This document shows, piece by piece, positions 35,461 through 47,732 of a stretch of 64,000 bases of DNA (position 1 is the stretch's first letter; each line of letters begins with the position of its first letter). Origin of the DNA: Dictyostelium discoideum (taxonomy: Eukaryota); assembly GCA_000004695.1 (NCBI GenBank), contig CM000151.3:7968001-8032000 (forward strand), in the 5' to 3' direction. Both the position numbers and the translations under genes were made by a program. The notes beneath the pieces were generated by a model, which was not told where the DNA came from, made no database searches, and saw nothing but the letters and a program-made list of their open reading frames with translations.

Positions 35461-36047
35461 TTTTTTTTTAAAAGAAAGTAATTGATATTTACAAGAATCA
35501 AAACTATTTTACATTAATTCAAAAAAGGGATATAAAAATTTTGCTTCGCTATATGTAGTCTCAACCTAATTTAAATATTTTCATATCTCAAAAATTTGGT
35601 AGTAAAAAAAAAAAAAAAAAAAACCCACCTAATTGATAAAAAAGTAAAAAAAAAAATAAATAAACTAATAAATAACTTTACACCAAAATCTCTTTTCAAA
35701 TTATAAGAATCCCCTTAAATCAAAAATGTAATATATACACCAAATCCATCAACCACACTAAAACACAAACCACAAAAAAAAAAGTTTTACTTGGGGTTTT
35801 GGCACGTGACTTTTGTCAATAAAGGAAAATTAAAATAAAATATTTTGATTTTTTACCACTAAAATTTTTATATATTTGTATTTTTTTGAGAAAAGAAAAA
35901 AAAAAAAAAATTGATTAGAAAAAATAAAAAAAAAAAGTGTGTGTTTGTGTGTGGTTTAAATCACACATTGAAATTTACATATCACAAAATAAAAAGATAT
36001 TTCTTGTTGTTACTTGATTGGTTTTAATCAATAAATTTTTTTTTTTT

Positions 36048-36083
<36 letters not shown>

Positions 36084-36628
36084 GAACTTTAAATTCATTT
36101 TATTATAATTGCGATATGGTTAGTATTTAAATTTTATCGAATGTTTTTAATAAAAAAATTTTATGTGTATGTTTTCTTTTTTTTATTTTTTTTTTTTTGG
36201 CAGTTTTTGTGGAAAATTAAATCTCAAAAATAGAGATTAGTTTTTTTTTTTTTTTTCAAATTCTCGACATTAAAATTATAATATATTCAGTTTTATTTTG
36301 TGAATCTAAAGGGGTCATTTTACAAATTTTAAAAGCTCATATTATATATGGTTTTGGTTCTATAAGTTTTTTAAAGCCACGCACCAAAATGTATAATAAT
36401 CAATCAATCAAGCAATGATATTAATTTTATTGTTGGGTTTTTTTGTTCTCTTTGTGTGGGATTGTGTGCTTGATTGATGTGGTGGAATAATAATCAATAC
36501 TTTCACCCACTCACCTTTTTTTTTTATGAATATCATAATTTTTTTTTTTTTTTTTTTTCACAAAAAAATTAATTCTTCATCATAAAAAAGGTGTGGTTTT
36601 ACACTCAAAAAAGATAGAGGCCATTTTA

Positions 36629-36660
<32 letters not shown>

Positions 36661-36927
36661 CTTGATATTATTAAAATAATATAATTTTAAAATAAAAAAA
36701 TTTAAAATAAAAAAAACAAAATAAAAAATAAAAAATAAAAAAATAAAATTCACCATCACTAAATAATCTCTTTCTTTTAAAACTTTATCTTTTTTTTTTT
36801 TTTTTATTTTAATTTTTGGGATTACCCTCTTTTCTCTAATATCAACTTTAACATAATCCCTTTTCTTTTTTTAAATAAATAATATTTTTATTTTTAATTT
36901 TTTTTTTTTTAAAAATAAATTAAAAAT

Positions 36928-36959
<32 letters not shown>

Positions 36960-37049
36960 CCTTAAATCTTATTTTTTTTTTTTTTTTTTTTTCTTTTCTT
37001 TTCTTTTCTTTTTCATCCAAATTTAAATATTACTTATTTTTTTTAAAGA
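35006..37049. promoter_or_regulatory. About 2-kb divergent intergenic region between the cct6 start (minus) and the forkhead-like gene start (plus). It is A/T-rich with (A)n/(T)n tracts and one CACGTG motif at about 35806.
   Basis: Positional. No ORF with coding composition is present. Confidence 0.3.
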
Positions 37050-37415
37050 ATGTCACAAATTACAAATTTTATTAATAACCAATCAAATGATAATAATAAT
37101 AATAATAATAACAATAATATTAATACCAATAATAAAAGTGGAAATCTTTTATCCTTATCGAAGGAATCATCAATTTTGTTAATTATTCATTCAACTTCAT
37201 CTCCTGTAAATTATTTATCCCAAATAAATAATTCAAATAATTCAAATAATTCAAATAATTCAAACAATTCAAATAATTCTAATAATTTTAATAATAATAG
37301 TAATAATAATAATATTAATAATAATAATATAAATAATAACTATAATGCGAATAATAATAATAATAATATAAACAATAGTAATAGTAATAACAATATAAAT
37401 AATAATAACAACAAT

Positions 37416-37487
<72 letters not shown>

Positions 37488-37776
37488 TATAATAATATAA
37501 ACAACAATCAACAAAATAATCAATTACAACAACAAAAAATTAATAATACGAGTAGTGATAATATAAGTAATTTGATAACATCATTAAGTAATAATATAAA
37601 TAATTCAAATAATAAATATAATGGATCAACACCACCTTTTTCATCACCAAAATTAAATTCAACCAATACAACACCAAACTCAACACCTCCAAGTTTATCT
37701 TCATCACCATTAAACACATCAACCAATAGCCTTCAATTGCTATCAACAATGAGTCAACAGATTCAACAACAAATTC

Positions 37777-37817
<41 letters not shown>

Positions 37818-38684
37818 ACTCAACAACAACAACAAACTCAACCAAAATTACCAATTAATAATAATAATATTGATACATTAAAAACAAATCAATGTAAAAT
37901 TACAGATTGTATTGTTTGTGAAAATGGACCACCACCAAGTTTTGAAAAAGGTCAAGTACCAATTTGGGCACAAATTTTACATGTTGCATTATTTGCATTA
38001 ACAGAGTCATCAAAAATCACACAAAATAGATCACCAAATCAATTGGATGATAATTTAACACATGGAAAACGTTATTTTCATCTAAGAGATGATATATATG
38101 AATTTATAAATGTTCATTGGGATTTAATTTGTAAAAGAGAAAGAATTCAAAACTGGAAACATACAATTGGTATGACATTATCCCATTATCAAAATTTATT
38201 CCAAAATGGTTATCCAATCTTTCAAAACACTGGTTATTGGTGTTTGAAAGATGATGCTCCAAATCCATACACTTCTGATTTTATGGATAATTCAAGAAAA
38301 AGAAAATATTCTACAAAATTATCAAAAAAAAATAAACAATTACAACAACAACAATTACAACAACAACAACAACAACAATCACTACAACAATTAAATAATA
38401 GTAGTAGTAGTAGTAGTAGTGATGAAGATGAACTACAACAACTACAACAACTACAACAACAACCTAATAAAAGGTTAAATTCCTCACCTTCTTATGGCTC
38501 ACCATTAATACATGGAATGGAATCATTATTAAATTCAAACTCCTCATCACCATTAAGGTCTTTAACACCAAATCTAAGCTCATGTGGTTCACCACTTCAA
38601 TTGGCAATTACAAATAATAATCATAACAATGTAAATTATAATAATACTCTTAATAATAATAATAATAGTAATAATAATAGTAAC

Positions 38685-38745
<61 letters not shown>

Positions 38746-39029
38746 GTAATAATAATGGTAATAATAATAATATTAATAATAATGGTAATAATAATAGTGG
38801 TGGTGGTGGTAGCAGTAATTTTAGTATTGGTGGTTTATTGTCAAATGATGAAAGCGATATCAATATTAATAGTAACAATAATAATAACAATACATATTAT
38901 GAAAAATTTAAATGTATGGAAAAGGAATTGGATGATTGCAAAAACGAAGTAAGAGAATTACAAGATGAAATTTGTTTATTGCAAAATGAATTAAAAAATA
39001 ATAATCAACAACAACAACAAATTGTTTGA
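37050..39029 (+). CDS. Asn/Gln-rich nuclear-type protein (659 aa) with one globular domain (residues ~295-420). I read the domain as a divergent forkhead-like winged helix, followed by a C-terminal coiled coil (ELDDCKNEVRELQDEICLLQNELK).
   Basis: A single ORF, about 75% low-complexity N/Q/S. In the domain, 'VPIWAQILHVALFAL' fits FOX helix 1 (PPYSYI.LI.MAI). 'DDIYEFINVHWDLICKRERIQNWKHTIGMTLSHYQNLF' fits '[34 protein letters not shown]'. 'QNTGYWCLKDDAP' fits 'GKGSYWTLDPDS', and a basic tail 'SRKRKYSTKLSKKNK' follows. The assignment is by eye only. Confidence 0.7.
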
Positions 39030-39064
39030 AATTAATCATCATTTTCAAAATTTTGTATATATTG

Positions 39065-39130
<66 letters not shown>

Positions 39131-39134
39131 GTGA

Positions 39135-39175
<41 letters not shown>

Positions 39176-39539
39176 CCTCTTCCATTCTTTTATTTTATAT
39201 ATATATTTATTATGCATATTAAAAAAAAATAAAAAAATAAAAAAATAAATAAATAAAAAAAACAAAAAAAAAAAAAAAAAAAAATGTAAAATAAAAAACC
39301 AGAAGAATTTTTAAAACTTAAAGGTTGGTTTTATTTATTTTTTATTTTTATTTTATTTTTTATTTATTCATTAATTTATTTATTTATTTAATTTTTTATT
39401 TTTATTTTTTTTAATATTTATTTATTTTTAATGAACCAATAAATTGAACTGAAAATATTCATCAAATTTTTTTTTTTAAAAAAAAAAAGTGGATTTTTAA
39501 ATCTAGGTTTCTATTATCCCAAAAAAAATAACCATTTAT

Positions 39540-39575
<36 letters not shown>

Positions 39576-39719
39576 TTTTTTTTATTATTATTATTTATTT
39601 ATTTATTACTATCATTATTTTTTTTTTTTTTTTAATTTCTTTTTTTTTTCTTTTTCTGATTTCTTTTTTCGCAAAAACAATAATAAAAATTAAAAAAAAA
39701 AAAAATTTAAAAAAAAAAA

Positions 39720-39759
<40 letters not shown>

Positions 39760-40206
39760 TAAAATTAAATAAATAGTAATATAATAATAAATTATATATT
39801 AAACCAGATTAATAAGAATTCATCCCTAAAAAAGAAAAAATAAAAATAAAAAAAAATAAAAATAAAAAAAAAAATAACAGACAATAAATTAAACAAAAAA
39901 AATTAAAAAAAGATTACCAGTGTAAAAAAAAACGAACATTTTTAAAAAAAAAAAAAAAAAAAATTTATTTAGTGAAAAAAAGAAATTAATTTTTATTTTC
40001 CAAAGCAATAGTCTGTTTAACCAGGCAAATTTTTTTTGATTTTTTTTTTTTTTTTTTTTTTAATTTTTTTTTTTTTTTTTTAAAAAAGTGAAATTTTTTT
40101 TTTTTTTTTATATTTTTTTTTTTTTTAATTTTTTGTTAAATTTAAATTATTTAGTTTTTTTTTTTTTTTTTCTTATATCTTTTTTCATATATATAAATAA
40201 ATTAAA

Positions 40207-42029
40207 ATGGTTGGATTTGAAGATCATATCGCAGCTATCACAAGAAACTATCAAGTTAACCCACGTTTAGATTATAGAACTGTTACAGCAGTAAATGGTC
40301 CACTCGTTATTTTAGATAATATCAGAGGTCCAAAATTCTCTGAAATTGTAACTTTAACTTTAGGTGATGGTACTCAAAGAAAAGGTCAAGTTTTGGAAAT
40401 CCAAGGTAAAAGAGCTGTTGTACAAGTATGTATTTAATTAATTTTAAAAAAAAAAAATAATAATATAATTTTTTTAAAAAAAAAAAAAAAAAAACCACAG
40501 ATTTTTTTATTTTTTTTAAATTTTACTTTTTACTTCTTTCTTATTTTTCATTTTATTATTTTTTATTTTTAATTTTAATGAATTAATTTACTAATAAATT
40601 TTTTTTTTTTTTTTTTTTTTTATTTTTTAAAAAAAAAATCAAAAAGGTTTTCGAAGGTACAATTGGTATTGATGCCAAACACACTCGTTGTGAATTCTCT
40701 GGTGATATTTTAAAGATGCCAGTATCAGAAGATTCATTAGGTCGTATTTTCAATGGTTCAGGTAAACCAGTTGATAAAGGTCCAAATGTTTTAGCTGAAG
40801 AATACTTAGATATTCAAGGTCAACCAATCAATCCATCAGTTAGAGTTTACCCACAAGAAATGATTCAAACTGGTATCTCTGCTATTGATACTATGAATTC
40901 AATTGCTCGTGGTCAAAAGATTCCAATTTTCTCTGCTGCAGGTTTACCACACAATGAAGTAAGTATAATAAAAATTATATACACAATCATACATGCATAT
41001 ATATAAAATCGCAAATAATAAAAATTAATTTATTAATTTAATTTTTATTTATTTATTTTTTTTTTTTTTTAATAATAGATTGCCGCTCAAATTTGTCGTC
41101 AAGCTGGTTTAGTTAAAAAATCAGGTAAAGGTGTTATTGATGATCATGAAGATAATTTTGCTATTGTATTCGCAGCTATGGGTGTTAATATGGAAACTGC
41201 ATCATTTTTCAAACGTGATTTCGAAGAATCAGGTTCTATGGATAGAACTGCTCTCTTCCTTAATTTAGCAGATCATCCAACCATCGAACGTATTATTACT
41301 CCACGTCTTGCATTGACCACCGCCGAATATCTTGCATATCAATGTGAAAAACACGTTTTAGTTCTTTTAACCGATATGTCTTCATATGCTGATGCTCTTC
41401 GTGAGGTATCTGCTGCTCGTGAAGAAGTACCAGGTCGTCGTGGTTATCCAGGTTATATGTATACAGATCTTTCAACCATTTACGAACGTGCTGGTCGTAT
41501 TCAAGGTCGTAATGGTTCTATCACTCAAATTCCAATTTTGACTATGCCAAATGATGATATTACCCATCCAATTCCAGATTTAACTGGTTACATTACTGAA
41601 GGTCAAATTTTCATTGATCGTCAAATCAATAACAGACAAATCTACCCACCAATCAATGTATTACCATCACTTTCTCGTCTTATGAAATCCGCCATTGGTG
41701 ACGACATGACCCGTGGCGATCACTCTGAAGTCTCAAATCAAATGTATGCCAACTATGCCATCGGTAAAGATGTCCAAGCTATGAAAGCTGTCGTTGGTGA
41801 GGAAGCACTTTCTTCTGAAGATAAACTCTACTTAGAATTTTTAGAACGTTTCGAATCTAGCTTTGTCGGTCAAAACCATTATGAAAATCGTGATATCTTT
41901 AATTCATTGGATCTTGGTTGGTCTTTATTAAGAACTTTCCCAAGCAATCTCCTCAAACGTATCACTGAAAAAACTATTAAACAATACTATTCACGTTCAT
42001 CAAAGGGTACTGTAGATTCAACTAACTAA
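40207..42029 (+). CDS. vatB: Vacuolar H+-ATPase subunit B, 493 aa. Exons are 40207..40425, 40647..40958 and 41079..42029.
   Basis: '[73 protein letters not shown]|VFEGTIGID...[29 protein letters not shown]...[32 protein letters not shown]|[12 protein letters not shown]...[108 protein letters not shown]' is a near-universal V-ATPase B sequence. The introns are GTATGT...AG (221 bp) and GTAAGT...AG (120 bp). The frames were verified. Confidence 0.95.
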
Positions 42030-42616
42030 ATTTTAAAAAGAAAAAAATATAAATCAAAAAAAAAAAAATAAAATAAAATCTAAAAATAAAATAAAATAAA
42101 AAAAAATTTTAAAAATAAAACTTTTAAAAAAAAAAAAAAAAAAAAATTAAAATTGTAAATCATCATTTTTAAAATAAATCTTTTAATATTTGAGTTTTTA
42201 CATCACTTTTTTTTAAAAAAATCTATTTTATTTTTTTAAATTAAATTCTTTGTCACCATTATAGATTTTAAATTTACTAATAATAAATTTTTTTTTTTTT
42301 TTTCTTAAAATAAAATTCAATAATTGAATAAAAAAAATAAAAAAATAAAAGAGAATTTGTAAAAAATAATAATAGAAAAAAAAAAATTAAAAATAAACAG
42401 TATTTAAATCTTTTTATTTATAAAATAAAAAATTAAAATAATCCCAAAACAATTTTGGAATTTGACAAAAAAAAAAAAAAATTGCCAACCCACCAAAAAA
42501 AAATGAGACACCCAAAAAAATTGCCAACCACCCAAAAAAAAAAAAAAAAATAGAAATAAAAGAACAAGGAGGTTTAGAAATTTTTTATACATAAAAAAAA
42601 GTAAATTTATTATTAT

Positions 42617-44183
42617 CTACAAAGCCATATTTTTTATTCCACCTTCAATTTGAGAAGCAGTACAAATTTGTTTGGTAAAGAAATTTTGGTGTTTATGTTG
42701 GTGTTGATATTGTAATTGTTCTTGTTGTAGCTGAAATTGCATTTTTTGAATTTTAAATTGTTCGAGTTGGATTTGATATTCTTTCTCTGATTCATCAAAT
42801 TCATTATTATTATTATCATTATTATTATTATGTTGTTCTAAATATTGTTGTTTTTGTTGATGTAACATTTGTTGTTTTTCTTGTTGTTGTTGAGGTTGTT
42901 GTTTCAATTCTATAAAATTTGGTTGTTGCATTTTTTGTTGTAATTGGTTTTGTCTTAATTTTTGTTTTTCTTTTTGAATGATTAAAACTTTTTCTTTTTC
43001 AGCCAATAAATTTTTTAAGGTTTCAATTTCATTTTCAAAGTCATCAATTTCTATGACACCATATTTAATCAATGGATGTTCTAATAATTGTTCAGCAGAA
43101 GGTCTTACGGAAGGATCAGGATGAATCATTGATTTAATTAATTGCCAAAATTCTGTTGAGAAATCATTCTTATTATCATCGTATATTGAATCTTCCTTTT
43201 CAAATGATAGTATACCATTTCTAATTGAGTCCCATTCCATGCCAGACTTTGGTAATGGTTTACATCTTGCCAATTCATATAAGGTACAACCCAATGAAAA
43301 GATATCACTTTTTTTCAAAGCAGACATATCGTCGTGTAATAATTCTCTTGATAAGTATCTACTATCACCTTCTGAATAGATTTTTGTATTGGTTGCTTCA
43401 TTTAATAAACCCAAATCACCAATTTTAAATGTTATACTATTAAAATTAATTTTATTACCATCAATTATTAAATAATTATTTTGATTATTATTATTTTGAT
43501 TATCTACATTATTATTATTATTATTATTACAATTGTTATTATTTACACTATTTGTTGTTGTTATAAAGTTATCAAGATCATTTTCAGTTGTTTTAATTTT
43601 ACTTTTGAAATAACTATCACTACCATTACTACTATTATTAATGGAGCAAGTATTGTTATTATTAGTGATGATTTGATTTTGATTACATTTATAAATTATA
43701 TATATATTTTCAGGTTTAATATCTAAATGAACTAAACCCAAAGAATGAATATAAACAATACCGGTAAGGATTTGTTTTGCCAATAAGAGTAAATTTGATT
43801 CGGATTGTTTAATATGTTCAGTTACCCATTTATAAATATTACCACCATTACAATGTTCCATTTGAATGAATATATGACTATCTTCTTCCCAAGCATTAAA
43901 ATATCTAACGATATTGGTATGATCTTTAATTGCAGATAAACCATAAACTTCCCTCAATACTATATCACGATCTTTTTGACCTTTTAATGGTTTTTTGGTT
44001 TTCTTTATTGCATATAGACATCCATCAATTCTATGTCTAACCTTATAAACATGACCAAAACTACCCTCACCAATTAAATCCAATTCTTGAAAAGTATGTT
44101 TATATAATGAAAATTTAGTTATTAAATTATTATCAATATTTTGTGAATTATTATTATTATTATTACAGGTATCGTCATTATTA

Positions 44184-44223
<40 letters not shown>

Positions 44224-44853
44224 CATTATTATTATTACTGGCATTATTATTATTGTTATTATTATTTACAAGTTGAAATGAAGGACATGGTTTATTCAAT
44301 GATTGCAATCTACCCTCTTCTGTAAAAGGATTAACATTTGCAATTAGGGATGATATAGAATTTGGACCATTGTTATTGTTATTGTTATTATTTACATTAT
44401 TATTATTAGCATTATTATTATTGTTATTATTTACATTTGAAGTCATTGAAGTTGACCTTTTTCTATTTGTTCTTTCTTCAGCCAATCTTATAAAAACTGG
44501 TTCAAATTTTGGAGAGGAATAATTATTTCTTTTTAATGATGGTGTTGGAGGTGGTGATGGTGTTGGTGACATTGAGAAAGAGTTTTCATTGAATGCCCTT
44601 TGATCGGGTCTTACTCTTTTTACCTCTGTTGATGGAAAGGTATTTCCTTTGTTATAACTACCATTCGATAGGAATCTACTATGATTTCCAGTAATATTAT
44701 TTATATTATGTCCATTCATCATTGAACCATTTGCTGACCATGATACTGGTGATGTTGGTAATGATGATGAAAATATTTGATCCTCTTCATTATTATTATT
44801 ATTATTATAATTATTATTGATATTATTGATATTATTATTATTGATATTATTGA

Positions 44854-44893
<40 letters not shown>

Positions 44894-45018
44894 TAAATTA
44901 TTATATATTCTATTATTATTTATTGGTCTTATATTCATACTATTTGTTGAACTATTATTAATAAATGATAAAGGTGTAAATGATGGAACTTTAAATTCAT
45001 TTGTTTGTTGTGATTGTG

Positions 45019-45049
<31 letters not shown>

Positions 45050-45203
45050 AGAGGATGGAGATGAATATAAAATTGGACTTGAAGGAAACATATTTGTTTT
45101 AGTTGATGATAGAGATGCTGAAGCTGGATAAATTGGTTGGTCGTCATTATCATCATGAAATAGTCTTCTGCCTTTTCTTAAATGATGATGATGGCTATTA
45201 TTA

Positions 45204-45265
<62 letters not shown>

Positions 45266-45613
45266 GCTACCACTAATTGGTATACTATTACTATTATTTA
45301 AATGATGCACTATATTATTATTGGTATTATTATTATTATTGTTATTAGTTGGAGAAGAATCACAGTCACTTTGTGTTGGAGAGGATGATTGTTGTTGTTG
45401 TTGTTGTTTTTGATCTTCACAATTTGAAAGTTCACTTAAAAGTAGTGTATTGAATGAATTTTGTTGATCCTTTGATTCTTCATAAGATGACATATGTATA
45501 AACTCTCGATTTTGATCAAAATCATCATCATCGTCATCATCGTCATAAGAGAAAAGTGTGGTTCTTTTCTTGGTGATATATTTTTTTTTTTCTGATTGAG
45601 ATGGAAAATCCAT
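42617..45613 (-). CDS. Wee1-family tyrosine kinase (Wee1/Myt1-like), 998 aa. It is a single exon with long poly-Asn and poly-Gln tracts N-terminal to the catalytic domain, and a C-terminal Gln-rich coiled region.
   Basis: Catalytic domain 'FQELDLIGEGSFGHVYKVRHRIDGCLYAIKKTKKPLKGQKDRDIVLREVYGLSAIKDHTNIVRYFNAWEEDSHIFIQMEHCNGGNIYKW...GLVHLDIKPENIYI...FKIGDLGLLNEATNTKIYSEGDSRYLSRELLHDDMSALKKSDIFSLGCTLYELARCKPLPKSGMEWDSIRNGILSF...LIKSMIHPDPSVRPSAEQLLEHPLI'. The 'EGDSR(F/Y)L(A/S)(N/R)E(V/L)L', 'LPRNGDQWHEIRQG'-like and 'MIHPDP..RPSA' motifs are diagnostic for Wee1 rather than other kinases. Confidence 0.88.
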
Positions 45614-45953
45614 TTTTCTCTCTATTTTTTTTATTTATTATTGTTGATTATTATTTTTATTTTTTTTTTTTTAAAAAAAAAAAAAACTTATATTAATTAT
45701 TTTATTTTATTTTATTTTATTTTTTTTATTTTTATTTTTTTTATTTTTATTTTTATTTTTTTTATTTTTATTTTTATTTTTATTTTTATTTTTAAAATTA
45801 ATAGGATTTTATTTTAATTTTTTATTAAAATAAAATTAAAAAACCCGAAAAAAAAAAAAAATTAAAAAAATTAAAAAATTTAAAAAAAAAAAAAAAAATT
45901 GTTAAAGTTGGAAGAAAAAAAATTTGATTATAACTTGTGTTTGAAGAAGAAAG

Positions 45954-46001
<48 letters not shown>

Positions 46002-46307
46002 AAAAAAAAAAACCAAAAATTTTTCGTATTTTTTTTTTTTGGGAAACTGACCAAAACCGATGGAATTTTTTTATTTTATTTTATTTTATTTTTTTTTTTT
46101 TTTACTTGGCCACAATTGTTTTATTTCAAAAAAAAAAAAAAAATAAATTTAAATTGGAAACCCAAAACCTTGGTTTTCTGGTCTGAAATTTTTGAAAATG
46201 AAAAAAAAAAAAAAAATTTAAAATTTAAAAAAAAAAAAGAACTGCGAATGGGTTTATGTTAAGTTTCAATACATACTATTCCAAATTAAAATAATATTGT
46301 ACATACA

Positions 46308-46344
<37 letters not shown>

Positions 46345-46353
46345 AAAAAAAAA

Positions 46354-46445
<92 letters not shown>

Positions 46446-46490
46446 TAATAATAAAAATAATAATAAAAATAATAATTAAAATATAACCAT

Positions 46491-46504
46491 ATTTGGCGCC
46501 AAAT
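46491..46504. promoter_or_regulatory. Perfect 14-bp palindrome ATTTGGCGCCAAAT, matching a head-to-head E2F-type site (TTTSGCGC overlapping its inverted copy, as in the mammalian DHFR promoter TTTCGCGCCAAA). It lies about 880 bp upstream of the wee1-family kinase ATG and sits on a small G/C-containing island in otherwise pure A/T DNA.
   Basis: Sequence read directly. Only two GGCGCC sites exist in the 64 kb window, and both lie in this palindromic context in 5' flanks. Confidence 0.45.
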
Positions 46505-46616
46505 AATAGATATTACATACTTAATGGAAAACGAAGAGAATTATTTGTGTAAATTTTCATAAAATAAAAAAAAAAAAAAAAAAAAAAAATTAAAACCCAA
46601 TTAATAGTAAATAAAG

Positions 46617-46651
<35 letters not shown>

Positions 46652-47184
46652 TTTAAATAACCCAATTAATAATAAAAAAAAAAAAAAAAAATAAAAAAAG
46701 AAAAGAAAAAAAAGAAAAAAATTATGATTCCATTGGATGTTTAGTGTGTGTGTGTGATTTTTTTTATTTTTTTTTTTTTATTTTTTATTATTTTTTTTAT
46801 TTTAACTCCATCATGTTCGTGCGTGTAGATATTGCGATTATTGGTAATAACAATCACTACTACACTAATAACAATACCAGCTGTTTAATTGAGTTTTTAA
46901 ATTAAAAAAAAAAGGAAAAAAAAAAAAAAAATTGAAAATTTGCAACTTTCGCTTTATATTTAGGGATTTTTTTTTTAACATCAATTTTTTTTTTTCTGAT
47001 TAGGTATGAAAATAATATCTTTAATAAAACAATTTTATTTTTATTTTTTATTTTTTTTATTTTTTTAATTTCCCACACAAAAGAATAAATGCTTCCCACT
47101 GTCCCCTCAACCAAAATTTTAATTTCCCATCACTTTCAAATAAAAAAAATAAAAAAAATTAAAATGATTGTTTTTTTAAATTTC

Positions 47185-47217
<33 letters not shown>

Positions 47218-47351
47218 AAAAGAAAAAAAAAAAAAAAAATTAAAATAATAGCTTTTGGATTTCTTTTGTTTTTGAGAGTTTGGAAATTAGTTTATTATTT
47301 TTTTTTCTTGATAATAAAAGAATCCAAAATAACCTCTTTAATTGTAAAGAG

Positions 47352-47386
<35 letters not shown>

Positions 47387-47512
47387 GAAATCCAATTAAA
47401 TTCCACTTTTTTTTTTTTATTTTTTTGGTTTTACCCAAAATTTTTTTTTCTTTGAAAATGTAATAATATTAAAAATTAGTGAAGCAAAAACTGGAATTGG
47501 GATTAAACCTGA

Positions 47513-47548
<36 letters not shown>

Positions 47549-47591
47549 AGCTAATTAAATAAAACAAATAAAAAAATTAATTTTTTTTTTT

Positions 47592-47668
47592 ACACTTTTT
47601 TATTGAAGTTGCATAAAGTTTTTTTTTTTACACTTTTTTATTGAAGTTGCATAAAGTTTTTTTTTTTT
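47592..47668. repeat. Tandem duplication of a 38-bp unit (tacacttttttattgaagttgcataaagttttttttttt x2), immediately 3' of the membrane-protein gene (minus strand).
   Basis: Read directly. Confidence 0.7.
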
Positions 47669-47732
47669 TATTTTTTTATTATTTTTATTTTTTTATTTTT
47701 TATTTTTTTATTTTTTTTTTTTATTATTTTTT

